From Bacteroidia bacterium (GTDB taxonomy: Bacteria > Bacteroidota > Bacteroidia > UBA4408), in contig JBILVQ010000003.1 in NCBI GenBank assembly GCA_044370375.1, forward strand, positions 1-41,070: a DNA stretch of 41,070 nt, read 5' to 3'. Positions 39,383-41,070 of this stretch are shown piece after piece. How positions within the stretch are numbered: the stretch's first letter is position 1; the number at the start of each line of letters is the position of its first letter. Under the pieces are notes generated by a model. The model was not told where the DNA came from, did not search any database, and saw only the letters and a program-made list of their open reading frames with translations. Position numbers and translations under genes: made by a program.

Positions 39383-39925
39383 TTATTGATTATTCTGAAA
39401 GAAGCTAAAATGAACCCTACCGTAATTTCTTGTAAAAGCATATTGTGGAAATTTTCTCCAATCAAACCTTCCATCATGTTCAACAATCAACCATCCTTGG
39501 GGCATCAACCAGGCATTTTCAAAAATCATGCCCGGTAAACCAGAGGCTTCGTTTAAATCATAGGGAGGGTCGGCAAAAATTAAGTCGAAAGTGAGCAATG
39601 GATTCTTTTTTAAAAAAGAAAAAACATTGTCGGTATGAAAACGCATTTCAGGCATATTCCAACGACCCGAAATTGTTTGTTGAAACAAAATACACTTTTT
39701 ATGATTGTCAACTGAATGTACTTCTTTGCAACCTCTTGAAACCATTTCGAAGGCGATGCTTCCTATGCCGGAAAACAAATCAAGGGCTTTGGTTTCTTCC
39801 CAATCTATTCGGGAATCAAGCAGGTTAAAAAGGCCTGTTTTTGCAAAATCAGTTGTAGGACGAACGGGTAAATCCCCCGTTGTTCCAAATACCTTTCCCT
39901 TAAATTTCCCGGAGATTATACGCAA
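39383..39925 (-). CDS. rsmD: 16S rRNA m2G966 methyltransferase RsmD family
   Basis: MRIISGKFKG, RPTTDFAK, LDLFSGIG, FADPPY, RNYG. Confidence 0.95.
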   Translation of the reverse strand: MRIISGKFKGKVFGTTGDLPVRPTTDFAKTGLFNLLDSRIDWEETKALDLFSGIGSIAFEMVSRGCKEVHSVDNHKKCILFQQTISGRWNMPEMRFHTDNVFSFLKKNPLLTFDLIFADPPYDLNEASGLPGMIFENAWLMPQGWLIVEHDGRFDWRKFPQYAFTRNYGRVHFSFFQNNQ

Positions 39926-40791
39926 TGGTGAAGTTGAAAAAAAGAATAGAAAAAATGGGAAGGCAAGGATGAAAAGGTATTGCTGATTTCTATACCACCA
40001 GGCCTATCCATCCATTTGAGGTGACGGATATACTTTTGACACAATTGAAAAATAGCAGAATTTTTCTCAATCTGACCGCAAAAATAAAACGACTCCTTAT
40101 CGTTGCTTAATCCAATATTCTCTGTTACCAACAAAAGGAAGTAAACAAAATCTTCCGGTGATCTGAAAGGAAATGAATTACAAAACAAAATCTTTCTTGA
40201 TTCTGCCACTACCAATTCAAAAGCTTCATCAAAAACATTCACCACCACTATTTTACCATCGTTTATTCTTGCTGTTTGAAGTGCAGCATTTAACAAGGGA
40301 TAGACAGAAGGAAAAAACATTGTCTTCTCAGAAAAAGATTCGAGGGTTGTCTTTACTTTGGCGGGGATAGAAAAGGCAATGTGGTAATCGCTGATGGATT
40401 TGCTGGTGTAAAGACAAACTTCATCAGGTTCAGGATCGCATCCACCGGCCCTAAGCAATTGCGGAAGCTGTGAAATATCGAGCAAATTTTGAGGCACTAG
40501 CGTAAACTCAGGCGTTTTCCAACAGAATACAATATCCTTTGAATTTTCTAACAGTGTTTGCTGTTCGCTAATTAATTTCTCAAAATCAGGCAAATCTGCA
40601 TTTCCGGACGAAACCACTGACAAGTTATTTAAAAACAACAATTGATTTGTTTTTACATGAATTAGTGCAAAGGAAATTTCGCGTGCCGAAAACTCTAATA
40701 ACAATCTGCTTTCCTTAACCATAAAGGGTTGCAAGGATTCTTCACGCAGGTTATAACGATTACTGACTCTATGTTTGATTTCTGTATTCAA
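39916..40791 (-). CDS. DUF3822 family protein
   Basis: FTLVP, LFCNSF.F...EDFVYFLL motifs; conserved position upstream of rsmD in Bacteroidota. Confidence 0.82.
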   Translation of the reverse strand: MNTEIKHRVSNRYNLREESLQPFMVKESRLLLEFSAREISFALIHVKTNQLLFLNNLSVVSSGNADLPDFEKLISEQQTLLENSKDIVFCWKTPEFTLVPQNLLDISQLPQLLRAGGCDPEPDEVCLYTSKSISDYHIAFSIPAKVKTTLESFSEKTMFFPSVYPLLNAALQTARINDGKIVVVNVFDEAFELVVAESRKILFCNSFPFRSPEDFVYFLLLVTENIGLSNDKESFYFCGQIEKNSAIFQLCQKYIRHLKWMDRPGGIEISNTFSSLPSHFFYSFFQLHHCV

Positions 40792-40936
40792 CTTTACAAA
40801 TTTAGGAGCATTTATTACAAATTACCAATCTTAGAAAAAAAACAATTAAGGTATTTATTTCGAGCCCAAATGTTTTCAAAAGTGGATAGGTTTCAATCCT
40901 GTTCTAAAAACATTTTCATTCAATGGTTAATGCTTT

Positions 40937-40944
40937 TACATTTG
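40937..40944 (+). promoter_or_regulatory. Putative -7 promoter element for the terminal dehydrogenase gene
   Basis: TACATTTG 11 nt upstream of ATG 40956. Confidence 0.65.
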
Positions 40945-40955
40945 CTAAAAATAAA

Positions 40956-41070
40956 ATGATCATGATCAACAAAATAGGAGTTGCAGGAGGTGGAGCCATG
41001 GGAAGCGGAATAGCCCAAATATCCGCTCAATCAGGATTTCAGGTTGTTATTTTTGATACCAACCCGGAAA
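40956..41070 (+). CDS. 3'-truncated 3-hydroxyacyl-CoA/3-hydroxybutyryl-CoA dehydrogenase (absent from ORF track)
   Basis: Translates to [38 protein letters not shown], the G.G.MG.GIA NAD-binding start of the 3HCDH family; runs off the window. Confidence 0.85.
   Translation, partial: MIMINKIGVAGGGAMGSGIAQISAQSGFQVVIFDTNPE

Overview
Chromosomal window from a Bacteroidota bacterium. This is supported by TAnnTTTG-type promoters, A-rich leaders without Shine-Dalgarno sequences, type IX secretion (T9SS) sorting domains and typical gene orders. Most of it is core genome: hpf - tRNA-Thr/Tyr/Gly/Thr - tuf - tRNA-Trp - secE - nusG - rplKAJL - rpoBC - DUF3467 - mtgA; mdh; a Sua5/YciO-family gene; rsfS - ftsH - LUD - cdsA; birA; pyrE/NUDIX; DUF3822 - rsmD - coaD; comEC. 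The left 9 kb is an accessory cluster of four T9SS type-A cargo genes. The standout is a ~648-aa protein with five CXXCH haem-binding motifs and a T9SS-like C-terminal domain, i.e. a predicted secreted or surface multihaem cytochrome c. It lies between co-oriented genes for a 10x fibronectin-III-repeat protein and an FG-GAP/ASPIC-UnbV propeller protein. Other notable points: stems that enclose individual tRNAs, UUCG/GCAA tetraloop hairpins in the tRNA operon, terminators abutting start codons, and candidate leaderless mRNAs. No CRISPR array, rRNA or mobile element was seen. All calls come from motif recognition by eye; no database searches were run.
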